From an uncultured virus (IMG/VR IMGVR_UViG_3300005405_000309) (taxonomy: Duplodnaviria > Heunggongvirae > Uroviricota > Caudoviricetes): a DNA stretch of 64,000 bases. The position numbers were made by a program, and so were the translations under genes. The number at the start of each line of letters is the position of its first letter. The first letter of the stretch is position 1. Positions 10,794 through 21,041 of the stretch are shown here, one piece after another. Where the stretch lies: IMG/VR virus record IMGVR_UViG_3300005405_000309; one strand, written 5' to 3'. The notes under the pieces were generated by a model. The model did no database searches, was not told the origin of the DNA, and saw only the letters and a program-made list of their open reading frames with translations.

Positions 10794-11432
10794 CTAGTGG
10801 CGCAGTACGGTGGAATACCCACATCTGGACAATTCCGCGCCACTATTACCAATCTCAACCATATGCGCTCTCAGCCAGATAAACCATTCTTTATTCGACC
10901 GGTCTCTTGGAAACATACCATGTGTATCGGACGCTTCCCGATACATAGGTAACTCCCCTGTGAGATTCGCTCTAAGTAAGTATAGCCACATTGGGTCGTA
11001 TGCGATTGACAGTTTGTCAGCATAACATAATCGACTAGGCAACTTGCCCTGACACTCAGAGTATCGTCTACTGTGATAAAGGCAAAGATCACCATATGTC
11101 ACGCCAAAGAATTTACGAGCTATCTTACCAGCTAACTCAGGGTGCATACTTCCTTCCTCATCGTCCATATCAGCGCACCCAAAGTAGCCCCAATCATGGA
11201 TAAATATGCATAGCACTTCTCTGTAATTTGGTAAGCCATATAAATGTACCCATGCAAACAATACTGTCAAAGGGTGCCAGATCACACTATGCACACCAAA
11301 AATTAAGCTTTTCGTCCCAACCTTCACAGTGATCCTCCTTTCACCTCGCTCCTTATCGAGCTGCAGGCAACGTTTCTGAAAGAGAGAAAAAAGAATATCC
11401 TCTTCTCCCTTTGACAACTCCGCAACTTTCAA
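10794..11432 (-). CDS. HD-like phage protein
   Basis: GVH..WHP, IHDWGY, HSR and YADK motifs. True start may be downstream (VKVGTKS). Confidence 0.55.
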   Translation of the reverse strand: MKVAELSKGEEDILFSLFQKRCLQLDKERGERRITVKVGTKSLIFGVHSVIWHPLTVLFAWVHLYGLPNYREVLCIFIHDWGYFGCADMDDEEGSMHPELAGKIARKFFGVTYGDLCLYHSRRYSECQGKLPSRLCYADKLSIAYDPMWLYLLRANLTGELPMYREASDTHGMFPRDRSNKEWFIWLRAHMVEIGNSGAELSRCGYSTVLRH

Positions 11433-11481
11433 TCTGCGAAGTTCTTAAAGAAATAAGAAAATACTTCACAGACCAATATAT

Positions 11482-11740
11482 AAAAAAAAGAAACCCGTCT
11501 ATCAATCTCATGATTTCAGGGTTTCTCTTGCATAATCAATATTTAAAAATGTCAAAAAACCGTCCGCAACCTTTTTGGGGTTATATCGAACAGATTACAA
11601 TTAACTACGGGTGTTTTCGCTAAAACGAAAACAATATGTCCGCGAATTCGAAGTGATCCGAACCCTAAACTCTCATTCGCACCAATCCAGTAGCACGAAG
11701 AAACACTATCGCAAATGCGAAGGGAAAAAGTAATAATTAT
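11482..11740 (-). ncRNA. Conserved structured leader/attenuator, copy B
   Basis: TGcTATACT at 11747-11755, shared core 11645-11735, terminator 11482-11528. Confidence 0.75.
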
Positions 11741-11842
11741 GCTTTCAGTATAGCACTGTGAACTCAAAAAGAAAAGAGTTAGAACATAGTTGTCCCAACC
11801 CTTTCCTATTAATCTTCAGTGATACTTTCAAATATGTCAAAA

Positions 11843-12232
11843 CTATAATCTTTCAAATGGGGCACCATAACCATATTTTACGATAACCATACTACTTTCA
11901 ATTTTCATAATAACTTTCATAGGGAATCTTTCGTCCATATCAGGGATATGAGATTCTATAGCTGCTTGTAACAAAATTTCTTTTGGCTCATAGTCGGTAG
12001 ACAAAGTAATTTGTTCGCAAGTTTCCATATTTTCCATGATTATATTGAATAGGGCTTGTGCAAAGGCATCTACTGAACTTTTGTCTAGGGCTTCAATGCT
12101 ATCGCTTTCAGTTCTGAAAACGTTTACGTTCATACCATGTTCTCTTGTAGGCTTTTGTAACAAGAATTCTGACCACCAAGAGACAGCTTTTTTCACAACT
12201 TCGAATTGATTCGTGGATTTCATATGCCACAA
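11843..12232 (-). CDS. Hypothetical protein
   Basis: 129 aa; AVSWW and STDYEP..L..A pattern typical of phage-like proteins. Confidence 0.7.
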   Translation of the reverse strand: MWHMKSTNQFEVVKKAVSWWSEFLLQKPTREHGMNVNVFRTESDSIEALDKSSVDAFAQALFNIIMENMETCEQITLSTDYEPKEILLQAAIESHIPDMDERFPMKVIMKIESSMVIVKYGYGAPFERL

Positions 12233-12600
12233 TCCCCCTTTTAGAAAACCGTTTTAATATCAATTAAAACATTTTGCTAGGAAAAATCAGCACCATAATT
12301 CAGTTTCATCCATAATGTTTTTGTTTCTATTCTGTATACTTCAACACCGGGTTCCAGAAGCCCCTGTATATTATTGCTCTTTCTTTTGCCCATCACACCA
12401 TGGGCAGGATTCCGGTGGGCAGGCTTTTAAAATGACATCCCTTTCGTCTAGGACACTCTTCCCATCTTTCCCCAACGTATCCCAATGGCAACCCAGTTCC
12501 ATTCCACCCCACGGACTAATAACCTTATAGTGCTGTTGGCTATCACTAGACATACTCTTCTCTCCTTTTTTACGTAAGGAAGACAAAGACATTGTCCTCA

Positions 12601-13875
12601 TTACGCACTCTTTCTCTGTTGTTTCTTTTTCCTTTTTTCTAGTGGTAAAAGAGTAGGTTCCGACTGTTTAAGTATGGCTTCCCTTGTGATGACGCACTCT
12701 TCAACATCGGACCGTGACGGTAAATCATACATAACATTAAGCATAGTTTCCTCCATAATTGCTCGAAGTCCCCTGGCCCCCGTATTCCGTCGTATTGCTT
12801 CGGCCGCTATGGCAAGCAAAGCATCTTCTTTGAACGTAAGCATGACTCCATCAAGTTCCATCAGTTTCTGATATTGCTTAACGAGAGCATTTTTAGGTTC
12901 TGTTAAAATGCGAACTAGATCAACTACATTCAAAGTATCTAAGGTAACGATCACCGGCACACGCCCTATGAACTCTGGAATTAACCCAAATTTCACTAAA
13001 TCGCCTGGTAAGACTTGTTTTAGAACGTTATCTTTACTAAATGCTTTTTTCGTCTGAATATCTGCTCCAAACCCCATCAGCTTTTTCCCGTCGCGGTTTT
13101 GAATAATCCGTTCGATGCCATCAAATGCTCCACCAACAATAAAGAGAATATTGGTCGTATCTAGTTGGATAAATTCCTGGTTCGGATGCTTACGACCACC
13201 TTGGGGCGGTACATTAGCAACCGTTCCTTCGATAAGCTTTAAGAGCGCCTGCTGCACCCCTTCGCCTGAAACATCCCTTGTAAGAGAAGGGTTTTCTGAT
13301 TTTTTCGCGCACTTATCAATTTCATCAATATAGATAATGCCTCGTTCAGCCTTTTCCACGTTATAGTCAGCAGCCTGTAGTAGTTTCAGCAAAATATTTT
13401 CTACATCTTCCCCCACGTAACCCGCTTCAGTTAACGATGTGGCATCAGCTACTGCAAAGGGCACATCAAGAACTTTCGCTAAGGTAGATGCAAGTAGGGT
13501 TTTCCCCGTCCCTGTCGATCCCAGCATTAGAATGTTTGATTTTTGTAACTCTATTCCATCATTTCCAGTTGTGGCATGAATTCGTTTGTGATGATTATAT
13601 ACGGCTACAGCCAGAGCCTTTTTAGCTTGGTCCTGGCCAATAACATATTGATCAAGAATTGCTCGAATCTCCTGCGGTTTTAATCTATTGGCAATTATGG
13701 AACCATTTTCTGCAGAGTCATGTCCTAATTCCTCTAACTTCTCATTGATAATTTCATTACATAAATCGATACAATCGTTGCAGATATACACCCCTGGTCC
13801 CGCTATTAACTTTTGTACTTCCCCAGAGTCTTTACCACAGAAGCTGCATTTTAAATTATTGTCTTTTTTAACCAT
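12601..13875 (-). CDS. clpX: ATP-dependent Clp protease ATP-binding subunit ClpX
   Basis: CSFCGK..CNDC zinc domain, GSTGTGKT Walker A, IDEIDK Walker [20 protein letters not shown] and MGF loop. RBS supports MVKKD at 13875. Confidence 0.97.
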   Translation of the reverse strand: MVKKDNNLKCSFCGKDSGEVQKLIAGPGVYICNDCIDLCNEIINEKLEELGHDSAENGSIIANRLKPQEIRAILDQYVIGQDQAKKALAVAVYNHHKRIHATTGNDGIELQKSNILMLGSTGTGKTLLASTLAKVLDVPFAVADATSLTEAGYVGEDVENILLKLLQAADYNVEKAERGIIYIDEIDKCAKKSENPSLTRDVSGEGVQQALLKLIEGTVANVPPQGGRKHPNQEFIQLDTTNILFIVGGAFDGIERIIQNRDGKKLMGFGADIQTKKAFSKDNVLKQVLPGDLVKFGLIPEFIGRVPVIVTLDTLNVVDLVRILTEPKNALVKQYQKLMELDGVMLTFKEDALLAIAAEAIRRNTGARGLRAIMEETMLNVMYDLPSRSDVEECVITREAILKQSEPTLLPLEKRKKKQQRKSA

Positions 13876-13939
13876 ACATCCACTCTCCCTATAACATCTA
13901 AAGTATTCTTTTAATCCATGCGCTATTATCGACTTTACG

Positions 13940-14332
13940 TTAGATAAACTTCTGAGTCTCAATAAATCGTTCGATCATTGTTACAGATTCCTCACCTACT
14001 GTACAAACTAAATAATTACTCGTCCACAATGTCGGAATCCGGCTTTTAATCCATGAAAACTCTTGTCTCAGTACCCGAGACGTTTGACCCTTAAGTTGGC
14101 GCACTAACCGGTGGATGCCATATTGCGGATCTATCTCTAATAGGAGGTGCACTTGATCGGGCAATATCTCCAATTTAATAATTTCCGCTGCATGAAGTAC
14201 GGCGACCTCTTTTATCAACTCCTCCAACCGTCGTTCAGCTCCATCCACTAGTACGTTACGCCGAAGCTTCGAACACCATATGACGCGATACCTACAAGAA
14301 TAAGTCACTCCGCCATTAATTTTATATTTCAT
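13940..14332 (-). CDS. tnpA: IS200/IS605 TnpA-like Y1 transposase with substituted catalytic residues
   Basis: Fold motifs [25 protein letters not shown] and LWTSNY. HUH reads DQVH; the catalytic Tyr position reads IERFIETQ. Confidence 0.85.
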   Translation of the reverse strand: MKYKINGGVTYSCRYRVIWCSKLRRNVLVDGAERRLEELIKEVAVLHAAEIIKLEILPDQVHLLLEIDPQYGIHRLVRQLKGQTSRVLRQEFSWIKSRIPTLWTSNYLVCTVGEESVTMIERFIETQKFI

Positions 14333-14631
14333 GATAACACTATATAGCAAAGGCCTGTATAGTTCAATCATTTATATAACTTTTTATACCAAAAAACGAG
14401 GAGAGAACAGAAAACCCGGGCCTTCGAGCTATTCGAATTCTATGGTGGAAGGGAAAGTTGCTGATCCATATATGGTAATTATAGTCAATGAAAATAAACA
14501 CACGTTTTTACATGTGTATAAGTTCATCGGTTTAAGGACGTTCCCAGAAGCAGTCTATCGTCAGGCGGGGGAAGACTACACATCGGCTTAAAAAGAGAGA
14601 GGCCCCGAAGGACCTCCGCACGATTCGCAAA

Positions 14632-15081
14632 CTACTCAACATAAACTGTAAAAATTTTTTTACCCCTTGAGTCAATCCAGACCTTTGCCGATGTCTCAAA
14701 TAATTTTGCTACTTCTGCGGCAATGCTCTCTTGGTATGTTCTATTTGTGATTGCGTCCCATTTGAAGCCCATTTTTGTTAATTGCTCAATAACTTTGTAA
14801 CGTATAGCTTTTGCCCATGCGATTTGATTTTCTGACCCTGTCAATTCAGGCAGTACAATTCCAGCCTCATTAAGCTTTGTGTTAACTTTTTCGACTAGTT
14901 GAGCTTGCTCCGCTTCCCGTTTAAGTTGTTGGGCCTTCTTCCAGCATTCTGTACAAAGCCCGTCACGTCCCTCCATATAACTCTCCCAGCTATCTGCTTC
15001 CGTACGATTATGACAGGTCTTAGTCATTGTATATTCTGTTTCACATTGTGTACAATGTAAGCTTACGCTTGCTTTTGCCAT
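14632..15081 (-). CDS. Hypothetical phage-like protein
   Basis: CxxC pairs and LPELTGSENQIAWA motif; GGAGG RBS before MAKAS. Confidence 0.7.
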   Translation of the reverse strand: MAKASVSLHCTQCETEYTMTKTCHNRTEADSWESYMEGRDGLCTECWKKAQQLKREAEQAQLVEKVNTKLNEAGIVLPELTGSENQIAWAKAIRYKVIEQLTKMGFKWDAITNRTYQESIAAEVAKLFETSAKVWIDSRGKKIFTVYVE

Positions 15082-15149
15082 TCTATTTTCCTCCTTTTTA
15101 GCGGGATGAGACCACTTATCCCGTATTAACACCGGAATTAATGAGCTGA

Positions 15150-15398
15150 TTAAGCTGAAATTTTCACGCTATCGCTTACGTCACTATAGTGGTCATCGAG
15201 AATAGACCATGGGTTTTCCCAATCGCAGGCCAGGGATTCATCATCGGCGTCGGGGTGGGATACTTTCCAAATGATCCGATATACATTTCCCTCGGCATCT
15301 TTTGCAGATGCCTCGTACCATTCCGTTAATTCGCATACCCCAGCTTGCACAAAACCACCTTGCGCGTAGGCATCTTGGGTTAATGAAATCTTTGCCAT
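15150..15398 (-). CDS. Hypothetical phage-like protein
   Basis: GGAGG RBS; ACDWENP motif. Confidence 0.7.
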   Translation of the reverse strand: MAKISLTQDAYAQGGFVQAGVCELTEWYEASAKDAEGNVYRIIWKVSHPDADDESLACDWENPWSILDDHYSDVSDSVKISA

Positions 15399-15566
15399 TT
15401 TAAAACCTCCACATTGGTGTAATATAATATCACCTTCTTGATATTATATTACATCTTAACGAAAAGGCCGTCAACACCTTTGTGTAAATTATTTATAGGA
15501 AATAAAAAATAATTTACACCTTCGCGATATTATGCTAATGTACAATTAAGAGAGGAAGGTAATAGA

Positions 15567-15785
15567 ATGATTAGTTATGAGCCATTGCGGATACTGATGG
15601 TAAAACGGTCTTTAAAAAAGATGGATATCGTAGAAATGGCGAAGCTATCTCCGACCACAGCTAAAAAAATGTGGGACGACGAGTATGTTGCGCTGTCCGT
15701 GATCGATAGGCTATGTGCTGTTTTAGATTGCCAGCCGGGTGATTTGATAGAGTATCGACCGTCGCAAAAAAGCGCCGGCAAGTAA
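15567..15785 (+). CDS. Cro/C1-type HTH regulator (YozG-like)
   Basis: MISYEPL...IDRLCAVLDCQPGDLIEY; divergent from 15398. Confidence 0.9.
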   Translation: MISYEPLRILMVKRSLKKMDIVEMAKLSPTTAKKMWDDEYVALSVIDRLCAVLDCQPGDLIEYRPSQKSAGK

Positions 15786-15811
15786 CCGACGCTTAAGTAC
15801 ATAGATTATTA

Positions 15812-16513
15812 TTAAGGCCATATTGTCTCTTCTGGTACGACCCAGATATCCACACCACCGTGAGGATTACGTACCTTCTTAGCAGCAGGGACGAAGGTGG
15901 GGAAGTTTGCTAATATATCTTGAGCACGGGATTGACTTCTTCCATGTTTATGTGCCCATTCTTTTGCCGTGATGTATCCCTCTGGGATATCCAAGAGAGG
16001 CCTATCTCTTTTTACGTCTTGGGCTGCTTTGGCTGCGGCTAACCGTAACGCTTTGATGTGTTTGGTTTGGCACTCAGGGCATCGTTTTTGGCGATCGGTT
16101 TTAGCGGCAAAGCTGATACCGCAGTCTTTACAGATTCTTGGTATATGTTGTTCCTCATTATTGATTGGCTCATCCGGTTCGTCTTGTGAATCTGATTTGT
16201 ATTGCGCATCATCCACGACTGTTGCTTGGGGGACTTTTTCAGGGGAGGCTTGTTCTGCGGTATCGGTTTCGATGAGACGTAAAAATATATTTGGCAATGC
16301 ACTAAATCTCTTTTGAGCTACAGCTTTAAGCTGCCCGGTATTAATACATAACTGGTCGTAATCCATGGTTCTTACGGCCCGTTCAAGATTACGAATGAGT
16401 TCCATAGTTTCATTTTCCCATGACTTAGACCAATTTATCATAACAGCTCTTTTTAATTCGGCAGATTTCGCTCGGTCAAGGAGCTGTGATATAGATCTAT
16501 GTTTCTTTTTCAC
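15812..16513 (-). CDS. Hypothetical protein with Zn ribbon
   Basis: CKDCG..CPEC; GGAGG RBS. Confidence 0.7.
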   Translation of the reverse strand: MKKKHRSISQLLDRAKSAELKRAVMINWSKSWENETMELIRNLERAVRTMDYDQLCINTGQLKAVAQKRFSALPNIFLRLIETDTAEQASPEKVPQATVVDDAQYKSDSQDEPDEPINNEEQHIPRICKDCGISFAAKTDRQKRCPECQTKHIKALRLAAAKAAQDVKRDRPLLDIPEGYITAKEWAHKHGRSQSRAQDILANFPTFVPAAKKVRNPHGGVDIWVVPEETIWP

Positions 16514-16689
16514 TATTTTCCTCCTTATTAGTCTTGATATTTATCATTATTTAGATTATATTATAGTCAAGATCTTCCTTCAAGAAAATGTCGCTGTTAA
16601 GGCGTGGATTAAAATGAAAACAAATTTATAGCAAAAAGGAGAGGCGAACCCTCTCCTTTTTACTATAATACAAAAACCAAATCGAAATT

Positions 16690-17230
16690 CTGCTCATTGA
16701 GTGGTTTTCGAGGCACTTTTTCGATTTTAAGATTCCACGAACCGGTTGGTGTTAGGTCTACCTCGGCTTCGTGAAGAACTTCAATTCTTGATGCTTCAAA
16801 GCCAAATTCCTCGTTAATAAGAATTTTCGATTGTTCGTCGGACAGAACCGTGCTACTATCAAAATGCCCTATAAGAGATTCGGCGGCTTTTCCAACTTCC
16901 TATAATCTTCCTCTGACATATGAGTGCCGGTTGGGTAAGCCTTTTTTTGCGGGACTACATTCCCCTTGCTTTTCATCGTTTGTTGGTAAAGCCATTCAAT
17001 CCCCTTCATGGTGTGCTTTTTCTAGAATTCTGCGATTTCTTCTGCTTTACCATTCGTTTCGGAAAAGATCGGGCAGTTAAGATAGACATATTCGATACGC
17101 TCATAGCATTCCAGTGTGGTTGTTAGGTCCACCAGTTTGTCAAATTCATCCTCCTACATTGATTGATTTCCGCCTTTACCTGTCCGCTCGTTTCGCGCTC
17201 CCAAGAGCTCTATCAAGGCGTTGAGATATG
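16690..17230 (-). pseudogene. Degraded gene with several frameshifts and stops
   Basis: Protein-like fragments in different frames (DEFDKLVD..YERIEYVY; LSDEQSKILINEEFGFE). Boundaries approximate. Confidence 0.4.
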
Positions 17231-17240
17231 GACCTGTGTT

Positions 17241-17573
17241 TCAAGCTGACTCCTCCTGTAGTTCAACAATTGCACCCCGGGATTCTAAATCTTCTAACTG
17301 ACATAAAACCATTGGTAAACACTCCAAAAATGATCCATCTTCAAAAACCATCTTGACACCATACACTGTAGTAAAGCCCTCTTCCGCTGAGCGTATTGTT
17401 GTAACATACTTGTATGGGTATCGTTTTAATATTTTGTTTCTCGCCTTAATTTCTTGCTCTATATACATTTCTTGTTGGCGTGTCGATATTTTAGGATTTG
17501 CACTCCATGTTGACCTGGAGTTAAATTTATCAAGATTTATAGATGCTTTGCAATAATCATCAGCCATTGACAT
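17241..17573 (-). CDS. Hypothetical protein
   Basis: GAGGGG RBS. Confidence 0.65.
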   Translation of the reverse strand: MSMADDYCKASINLDKFNSRSTWSANPKISTRQQEMYIEQEIKARNKILKRYPYKYVTTIRSAEEGFTTVYGVKMVFEDGSFLECLPMVLCQLEDLESRGAIVELQEESA

Positions 17574-17590
17574 CTTAATCCCCTCTTTCT

Positions 17591-18454
17591 TTATCCCTCA
17601 TTGATCCCATAGCTTTCTTCACGCGCGATCTCCGAAACCATACGCTGTAGTTTACGAGGGTCAATCCCATGCTGTGTCTCAATATAAGGAGTCCATTTAT
17701 CAATAAGAGCCCAAGATGATTCGTCTTCCTTTTCCCATGCAAGATCTGAATCTCCGTGATAATAGTTGTAAGCCTCTAAAGCTTCCGGAGGAATTACGGT
17801 TTCAGTTAACTCTTTTTGCCGAGCCTCTTTTCGAGCTTGATTGAGTGCCGATTTTTCCTCCTGCTCTTTTTTGATCTGTTCAACCTTTTCTTTGGCAATA
17901 GACACAACATAGATCCGGGCAAACGATCCTAAAGCACCTGGGCGAATCGCGCTTGCAACACCAATATGATTGATCTTGTCCCAAGGTAATTCAACACCAT
18001 CGACTGAGTATTTTAAATTGGGATAGCCATCAAAATCACCCTTATCCTCGACATCAACCTCGATATGTCCGGCTGGAATCCTTTTCCGTAATTTGGCAGC
18101 TTCCGCTTTCATAGCCTCTAGTAAGGGATTGTCCACAGCTTCCCGTTCAGCTTGATACGCAGCAGCTCGGGCATTATACCTTGCCTGTTGTTCGGCTTGC
18201 AACTTGTTATACTCATCCACTAGTGCGGCTAAATCGGGGCGGCTGTCGTATCTTATGCCGACAGGCTTACCAATGGTTGCAACATGTTCAAACCAAACAA
18301 GTTTTTGGCTGTTAATTTCCTTTGGCTTACCGCCAGTTAGTTTAAGCCCAGCAACAGGTCCGCAGTCCTTGTCGGCATCATAGCTTATGCTTATGCCAAA
18401 AGCTTCACCAGTTTCATCCCATTTGTAGTATTCCTTGACGACTTCATTTGCCAT
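17591..18454 (-). CDS. Hypothetical protein
   Basis: 287 aa, GAGGAG RBS, TTGACA promoter upstream. Confidence 0.75.
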   Translation of the reverse strand: MANEVVKEYYKWDETGEAFGISISYDADKDCGPVAGLKLTGGKPKEINSQKLVWFEHVATIGKPVGIRYDSRPDLAALVDEYNKLQAEQQARYNARAAAYQAEREAVDNPLLEAMKAEAAKLRKRIPAGHIEVDVEDKGDFDGYPNLKYSVDGVELPWDKINHIGVASAIRPGALGSFARIYVVSIAKEKVEQIKKEQEEKSALNQARKEARQKELTETVIPPEALEAYNYYHGDSDLAWEKEDESSWALIDKWTPYIETQHGIDPRKLQRMVSEIAREESYGINEG

Positions 18455-18523
18455 TTTATATTCTCCTCTCGCCCCGCCCCATCCAGGCTGTCGGGTTCAT
18501 GTAATCTCTTGCTGTTAATACTA

Positions 18524-18565
18524 TTAACAGCGTATCGTACAATTTGTCAAGCGATAACGCTGTTA
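18524..18565 (-). promoter_or_regulatory. Promoter with inverted-repeat operator
   Basis: TTAACAGCG...CGCTGTTAA brackets a minus-strand TTGACA. Confidence 0.5.
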
Positions 18566-18834
18566 AGTAAACCTTTTGCTTTTTGTTTGGGTATATACAG
18601 TACTTATACGTTTAAGCATTAATTTGCCCACCTATATAGAGGATGGGAGACTTCTTGTAAGACTATGTTAAAACGGGCCATACCAATTTCATGGCTTATT
18701 ACCACTCCTCCTAACAAAAATTACAGAAGTGAAACTCTTGTAATCCAGATATGTTCTTATACATAGTGTTCTTTGCTCCATCTTTGGAGCAATTGAACCC
18801 CCTCTGTCCGAGAAATATCTGAAAAGATATTTTC

Positions 18835-19475
18835 GGCTATCCGGATTATATGGTGGAAAGGTAGTATTCAATTACCAGTAATCTCAAGTGACCATTTGTT
18901 AATTACATCATGACCTAATTCTTGTTCATCACAACGAACTGCTAAAAATTGAATCCCTTTTTCTGTATAATAAATCAAATAAGGATGTTCAACTTCATCA
19001 CGATTTAGGAAACCTAAAAAACTCAGCCAAACCTCATCTATGTAATGGAATATCCAATCGAAGAATAACTCCGCTTCGCCCCTATCCCGATAAATTGAGC
19101 GAACACATAATGACCAATAGGATAAACGTTCATTATAAATTAGAGAAGAGAAATGTCCTAAAACACCAGTGTCATCAGAAAACGAATTAAGCATTGTATC
19201 CCATTTCTCTTTCAAGAAGAAGTCATGAGACGGTAATGTTGAACATTTCTTATTTACTCCTATCATATACTCAAGCACATCTATAACATCATTAGGAGTA
19301 TCCTTTTTTAAATTGAATCGAATGTTTAATTCTGCAAAATCACCCATATTCACACCAGCCTTATATTCACATATCGGGTATTCGGATTTTATACTTCCAC
19401 CATAAAATCCGATTTAGCAATTATAATCTATATGATGCCTTAAGAGTATAATTCCACCACATAATCCGCAGAGCC
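18835..19475. mobile_element. Non-autonomous ISL3-type cassette with one passenger gene
   Basis: IRs GGCTATCCGGATTATATGGTGG and CCACCACATAATCCGCAGAGCC. TSD ATATTTTC at 18827-18834 and 19476-19483. Confidence 0.9.
18868..19353 (-). CDS. Cassette passenger, phage-like hypothetical protein
   Basis: 161-aa ORF filling the cassette. Confidence 0.75.
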   Translation of the reverse strand: MNMGDFAELNIRFNLKKDTPNDVIDVLEYMIGVNKKCSTLPSHDFFLKEKWDTMLNSFSDDTGVLGHFSSLIYNERLSYWSLCVRSIYRDRGEAELFFDWIFHYIDEVWLSFLGFLNRDEVEHPYLIYYTEKGIQFLAVRCDEQELGHDVINKWSLEITGN

Positions 19476-19511
19476 ATATTTTCATAAAAGAGGGGGCAAC
19501 AACAATAATAT

Positions 19512-19961
19512 TCAATTAACTCTTTTGTTCCCAAGGTATTCCTCCCTTAGGAGTTCTTCGATGGACATTCTTTCAGGTACCTCTTTTTGATATCGCAGAG
19601 CATCTTTCGCCAGCTGATCCACGAGCTCATCCACACTTATTTCAAAATCAAGGCTATGAGATACCTCACCACAATTACACTTCATAACAGGTACATCTGT
19701 TATAACGAGGGTGTGTTTCCGATCAACTAGCTCGAGCGGAAACTCCCAGTTCGTCGTACTAGGGGACATAACCTGACTACAATTCCCACAAATCTCCGTT
19801 TGAGGTGTAGGCTTATATGCTTCAACTGCTCGTCTAATAACTTCAGATTTGCCCACGCCTTCAATACTTGCCTTCATTTGTATCATTGCAACCTCTCCTT
19901 TGGTCAATCTTAAATTTGGTCTTTCTGTTCTTTTCCTATCAGAAAAAGGTCTAGCACACAA
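19512..19961 (-). CDS. RHH/CopG plus YgiT(MqsA)-type zinc-finger protein, putative antitoxin
   Basis: KSEVIRRAV; CGNC...ITDVPVMKCNCGE. Confidence 0.7.
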   Translation of the reverse strand: MCARPFSDRKRTERPNLRLTKGEVAMIQMKASIEGVGKSEVIRRAVEAYKPTPQTEICGNCSQVMSPSTTNWEFPLELVDRKHTLVITDVPVMKCNCGEVSHSLDFEISVDELVDQLAKDALRYQKEVPERMSIEELLREEYLGNKRVN

Positions 19962-20033
19962 TTTATTGCACCTACCCTACTTGTTTTTCTTAATTATAAC
20001 AGATTCAAGTAGTTTTTGTACGTACAAAAACAG

Positions 20034-20468
20034 TTATTTGCAAAAACATTTACGTTCCTGGTAATTATTACCCCACTTATATTCTTTAGATCGAGGATCA
20101 TACACAGTGGTTACTTTCCACAAATCAGACCCGGGGTTCTTTATAAGTATAACGTGAATTGGTCTGTACTTTTTCTCTCCCGCCTTAACATGCCCTACAA
20201 GCTCCAATTTTTCTATTCCATATGAGTTTTTGTAATACCAAAAGGGCCATGCCTCATCACAAACAAGCATGCGAATCGTTGCCCCAGAAATGCAGCGATC
20301 AGTTTGTCGGGTATCTCCATGATATGAGATCCGTAGGTTGCTTTCTCCTCTTTCGAGTGATTCTCTTAGCTCGGCGAGGACTTTCTCTCCAATCTCTACA
20401 TACCTTTCTTGTTGGGCTTTCCAACTTGCGGCTTGATGCGCACACCTTTCTGGATTCTGACAACTCAT
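20034..20468 (-). CDS. DUF4258-like protein, putative toxin
   Basis: RPIHVI...VTTVYDP...W pattern, upstream of the YgiT-type gene. Confidence 0.6.
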   Translation of the reverse strand: MSCQNPERCAHQAASWKAQQERYVEIGEKVLAELRESLERGESNLRISYHGDTRQTDRCISGATIRMLVCDEAWPFWYYKNSYGIEKLELVGHVKAGEKKYRPIHVILIKNPGSDLWKVTTVYDPRSKEYKWGNNYQERKCFCK

Positions 20469-20510
20469 TTCAAACCTCTCCTTTTTTAACTTCGATGGCC
20501 TTGGCTTCAA

Positions 20511-20663
20511 CTAACTGGCAATCTTTAAATTTTTATATTTCAACGCGACAACGATACTATTTGCCTCATCTATGTCTTTTTTTCTTGTGTACAGCACATT
20601 CCGTAACCATATCTCGATATTTTCATCATTGAACTTCAACACAACAAGGTTATTATCACTCAT
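20511..20663 (-). CDS. 50-aa hypothetical protein (not in ORF track)
   Basis: AGGAGG RBS; MSDNNLVVLKFNDENIEIW... Confidence 0.5.
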   Translation of the reverse strand: MSDNNLVVLKFNDENIEIWLRNVLYTRKKDIDEANSIVVALKYKNLKIAS

Positions 20664-20796
20664 AAAAAAATTACCTCCTTTTTATTGAATAAGTACAAGA
20701 AATATAAAGAGCCCAGTACCCGTCGATTCGAACAGGTCTGCGCTCTTTTCTTGTCCCTACCATTCATTTAATTATACTTTGCGTGAGTACAATTTC

Positions 20797-21012
20797 CTAC
20801 ACTACCTTTTTTCTGTGGTTTCGCCTTAATAGTTGTTCCAAGTTCTCCATCTCAGAATAAGTTACGTCTTTTCCCGTAACGATTACGACGTTATCGATGT
20901 CAGCGATGCTCTCTATCTGTTCTTGTGTCAACTCAAAATCCTTGTGCTGCTGCATCATTTGCCCTGGTTGTTTAACCATAATTTTTTCTCCTATCCCCCG
21001 ACGCCTTTTCAC
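20797..21012 (-). CDS. Small hypothetical protein after leader C
   Basis: GGAG RBS before MVKQP (the likelier start). Confidence 0.5.
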   Translation of the reverse strand: MKRRRGIGEKIMVKQPGQMMQQHKDFELTQEQIESIADIDNVVIVTGKDVTYSEMENLEQLLRRNHRKKVV

Positions 21013-21041
21013 GTCTGCAGGTTAATCCTTATTTACACATT

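Noticed and set aside
11552..11767. ORFs 11552-11767 and 47835-48113 sharing CD.VSSCYWIGANESL
   Set aside because: The similarity is the translated non-coding leader. Other copies do not keep the frame, and the 47835 ORF starts in the transposase remnant.
13876..13962. N-terminal extension of ClpX in the ORF track
   Set aside because: RBS and homology support MVKKD at 13875; the extension overlaps tnpA.
20708..20745. GTTCGAATC T-loop suggesting a tRNA
   Set aside because: A single hairpin only; no cloverleaf, D-arm or acceptor stem.
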